Positions 60,653 to 64,000 of a stretch of DNA of 64,000 bases are shown one piece after another. This stretch comes from Mobula birostris (taxonomy: Eukaryota): the NCBI RefSeq assembly GCF_030028105.1, contig NC_092401.1, positions 26,340,399 to 26,404,398 of the forward strand, in the 5' to 3' direction. Under the pieces are notes generated by a model. That model was not told where the DNA came from, ran no database searches, and was given only the letters and a program-made list of their open reading frames with translations. Both the position numbers and the translations under genes were made by a program. Positions within the stretch are counted from its first letter, which is position 1, and every line of letters begins with the position of its first letter.

Positions 60653-60769
60653 GGCAAAAGTCAACGGGAAGAGAAGCTCAATGCTTGGCTGGTGAAACAT
60701 CACCTGATACCGAGGTACTTCATTGTTGTACACAGTGGGAATCATCTTCAAAACAACCAGCCATGGCCT

Positions 60770-61430
60770 CTTCTGGTTGGCTGCTGGTGACTAGCGATGT
60801 TCCTCAGGACCCACTACTTTTCATATTAAATGGATGACAGAATTGATGGCTTTGTGGCCATGCTTGCAGAAGATACCAAGATCGGTGAAGGGGCAGGTAG
60901 GAAGTGCATCACCTCACTCTGGCATCCCTACTCATTTCCTTTCTCTCATGGTCCACTGTCCTCTCCTATCAGCATCCTCCTTCTTCAACCCTTTATCTTT
61001 CCCACCTATCACCTTCCAGCTTATCAGCTCTCTTACCCATCCACGCACCTTCCCCCTCACCTGGTCTCACCTATCATCTACCAGCTTCTCCTCCTTCCCT
61101 TCCCTCCCAACTTCTTATTCTGGTTCCTCCCCATTCCTTTCCAGTCCTCCTGAAGGGTTTCGCTCCAAGATATGAACGGTGCATTCCTTTCCACAGATGC
61201 TACCTGACCTGCTGCGTTCCTCCAGCGTTGGAGGAGAAGTAGGTAGTTTGCAGAAGGGCTTAGACAGATTAGGAGAATAGGCAAAGAAGTGACAGATGGA
61301 TTACAGTGTAGGGAAGTGTATAGTCTGCCACTTTGGTAGAAGGAATAATGACACGGACTATTTTCTAAACGGGGAGCAAATTCAGAATCAAGGGTGCAAA
61401 AGGACTTGCATGATTGAGTCAGTAATAAGG
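60770..61430 (+). mobile_element. CR1 RT fragment with an inserted Penelope 3' region (about 60905-61230)
   Basis: MDDRIDGFVAMLAEDTKIG (degenerate FADD region) continues after a C/T-rich Penelope tail. Confidence 0.7.
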
Positions 61431-61484
61431 AAGTCATTTTTTTTAAGTTTTAAATTTTAAAATTTTTATTTGATTTACTTGGAT

Positions 61485-61782
61485 GCTGCCACGGTAACAT
61501 TGCAGCGAGTGTAATGCAGTTGGGGTTCATTTCCTGCCGCTGTCCGTAAGGAATCTGTAAGATCTCTCTGTGACTGCATGGGTTTTCTCAGGTGCTCTAG
61601 TTTCTGCCCACGTTCCAAAGACATGTGGTTAGGGTCAGTAAATCGTGGGCATGCCACGTTGGCACCGGAAGCATGCTGACACGGCAGGCAGCCTCCAGCA
61701 CTTTCGTTGCATAGGCACAAACGCACACTTCATTGTACGTTTCGATGTACATGCGACAAGTAAAGCACATCTTAAATCTTAA
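61485..61782 (+). mobile_element. V-SINE
   Basis: GGGGTTCATTTCC...GTGACTGCATGGGTTTTC...CCCACGTTCCAAAGAC. Confidence 0.75.
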
Positions 61783-63279
61783 ACGCAAGAGGTTCTGCAG
61801 ATGCCGAAAATCCAGAGCAACACATGCAAAATGCTGGAGGAATTCAGCAGGTCAGGCAGTGTCTTAAAATCACTATCGCCATTATTAATGCTATTTTTAA
61901 TTCCAGGTGTATTGAACTTCACGCTAGTGGATCAGGTCTGCTGTGTTGCTGATCTGGTAATTTAACCAGGTCAAGTAGAATGGAGCAACATTAAGCAAAA
62001 TTGTAGAGGCTGAACATCAGGACTAGACAGAGACAGTCCAGTGAGTATCTGAAGGGTTAAACTTGATGCTGAAAGGCCTGATGTCAATTTTCACTATTTT
62101 CTATTTTTACTTTTATTACATTTAACACAGCTGTTTGAAGAACTTACATCAGCTTGTGTGGTATAAATAGGGCTTAGTAATCAGATAGGGAGAGGTCTTT
62201 TTCCTTAATCTGATGTACCTCTGTGCTGCTTATTGTTGTGTCTGGCGAGACACCAGCAGTATAATTCTGAGTCATTTCTCTCTCTGGGTTTCCTGTTTGT
62301 CCTGTGGATTTTCCTATAATTTGCTTCCTGCCTCCACTTCATCCAGCCACTGTGGTTCATTTAAATCCCACAATCCAAGACTGAGCCAAGCTGAACTGCG
62401 AGTTTGTATCCATTGACCTTCTCGACCAGCTGATGCAACTCTATTCCCTCACGCCCGCTGTCAATGAAAAGGCATGGGTTCTTATAGTAGGGAGGGATTG
62501 ACAGGGAGCTCCCTCTAGAGAGGCTGGGAAGTATGGATCAGTGTTCCACGAAGTATTGAGTACAGGAACTGGGATGTTATGTTGAAGTTGTGTAAGATGT
62601 TGGTCAGACCAAATTTGCAGTTTTGTTTGCTGTTCTGGTCGTAAGACTGAGAGAGTACAGAGAAAATGTAGAAGGACGTTGCTGAGTGCTGAACACCTGA
62701 GTTATCGTGGAAGGTTTGGACTTTATTCCCTGGAGCGTAGGAGAATGAGAGAAGATATAGAGTCATGGAACACTACAGAATGGAGACAAACCCTTTGGAC
62801 CATAAACTCTGTGCTGAACAATTAATCGACCTAGACCCTTGCCTTCATCAACTTTCCTGGCCTGGTAACTTCCTTGAAAGACTCTAAAAGATTGATTAGA
62901 CACGACTCACCATGCACAAAACCATGCTGACTATCCCTAATCAGATTACAGAGGAGGAGCCGTTTGCTGTCTTGAGGCACGTTAGGATGGATAAATCCCC
63001 AGATCCTGCGTGAGGTGTTGCATCAGTTAAGAGAAGTTTCTTTTCACAGACACATGCTGTGTTGGCATTGGGATTGGAAGTGAGCCAGGGATTTTCCATC
63101 GGAAATCCCAAGCCTGCAACCACCAAGGACGAGGGCAGCAGGTATGGGGGCACACCACCCTCTGCTGGTTCTCTTGCACAGGTTTCACAGCATCCAGGAC
63201 TGGAAATAGGTTGTCAGCTCTTTATGTCACAGAGTCCAAGTGGTGGAACTCGCTTCCCCACAGTACAATGGATGATTGC

Positions 63280-63925
63280 ACTGGTTCATAGCATTCAGTT
63301 TCGGCCCTCTGATTATAGGAAGGACGTGGAGGCTTTGGAGAGGATGTAGAGGAGGTTCACTGGGATGCTCCCTAGATTAGAGTGTATAAGACCATAAGAC
63401 ACAGGAGCAGAATTAGGCCATTTGGCCCATCAAGTCTGCTTCGCCATTCAATTGTGACTGATATTATCCCTCTCAACACTATTCTCTTACCTTCTTCCCG
63501 TAACATTTGAAACCCTGACTGATCAAGAGCCTGACAACTTTTGATCTATGCGGAGAGGGTTAACAACCTTGGGATGTTTGTTGCAGGGGTTGAGGGGAAC
63601 CTGGTGGAATTTTATAAAATTATCAGATGCATAGGTAGAGTAGGCAGCAGATATTTTTTTCTCAGGGTCATAATGCCTCGTACTATAGTGAATGAGAGGA
63701 GGAAAGTTGAAAGGAGATTTGCAGGCCCTGTTTGTTTTTAACAGGGAGTGATGGGTGCCTAGAACGCACTGCCCTGGGGTGACGGTGGAGGCAGATAGAC
63801 ACATGAATCTGAATGGAACTGAGGGATCTGGGGGATAAACAGGAGGAGGACACTTAGTGCATATTGGTGTCAGTATTGGAACATCATGGGCCGAATGGGC
63901 TGTCTAGTATTCATCTATGTTCTAA
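63280..63925 (+). mobile_element. CR1 3' fragment with a nested antisense CR1 3' UTR (about 63385-63540)
   Basis: QFRPSDYRKDVEALERM...EGNLVEFYKIIR, interrupted by ATAAGACCATAAGACACAGGAGCAGAATTAGGCC. Confidence 0.75.
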
Positions 63926-64000
63926 AGGAGATTACAATAAATGGTAGAAATATGAAGAAGAGAAGACTGAGCTTAATTGTACAGTTTTCCCCATTAATTT

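Noticed and set aside
60626-60665. CACAGTG heptamer as an Ig/TCR recombination signal (also several other CACAGTG sites)
   Set aside because: No ACAAAAACC nonamer at 12- or 23-nt spacing; this instance is part of mature miR-27.
62170-62215. AGGGCTTAG plus a short hairpin as an additional miR-27-like gene
   Set aside because: The hairpin is only about 35 nt and has no miR-27 3p arm.

Overview
Repeat-dense eukaryotic DNA. The repeat content (CR1 LINEs with (TTCTATG)n tails, V-SINEs, Rex1/Babar fragments, Penelope-derived elements) points to a cartilaginous fish, probably a ray; this is inference. I can support no host protein-coding gene: the listed ORFs I could assign are retroelement or transposon fragments, or low-complexity artefacts, and the rest are short and unrecognisable. 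The clear functional elements are two microRNA hairpins on the + strand that the ORF track cannot show: a miR-23 family gene (mature 3p 57892-57912, ATCACATTGCCAGGGATTACC) and a miR-27a-type gene (mature 3p 60624-60644, TTCACAGTGGCTAAGTTCCGC). They are part of a miR-23~27(~24) cluster, here spread over about 2.7 kb with many transposon insertions between the hairpins; I did not find miR-24 in the window. The cluster pairs a b-type miR-23 3' end with an a-type miR-27. Other notable structures: a 3.4-kb decayed CR1 with esterase ORF1; a full-length dead Tc1 inserted into a V-SINE; a three-layer CR1>hAT>Charlie nest; Tc1-derived MITEs ending in a double-TIR hairpin; many Penelope termini carrying decayed hammerhead ribozymes; DeuSINE-like relics; and a unique-sequence island at 42.4-43.4 kb that may be regulatory. 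Repeat boundaries were set by eye (about +/-20-50 nt unless TIR/TSD positions are given), and family names come from recalled consensus motifs, not database searches.
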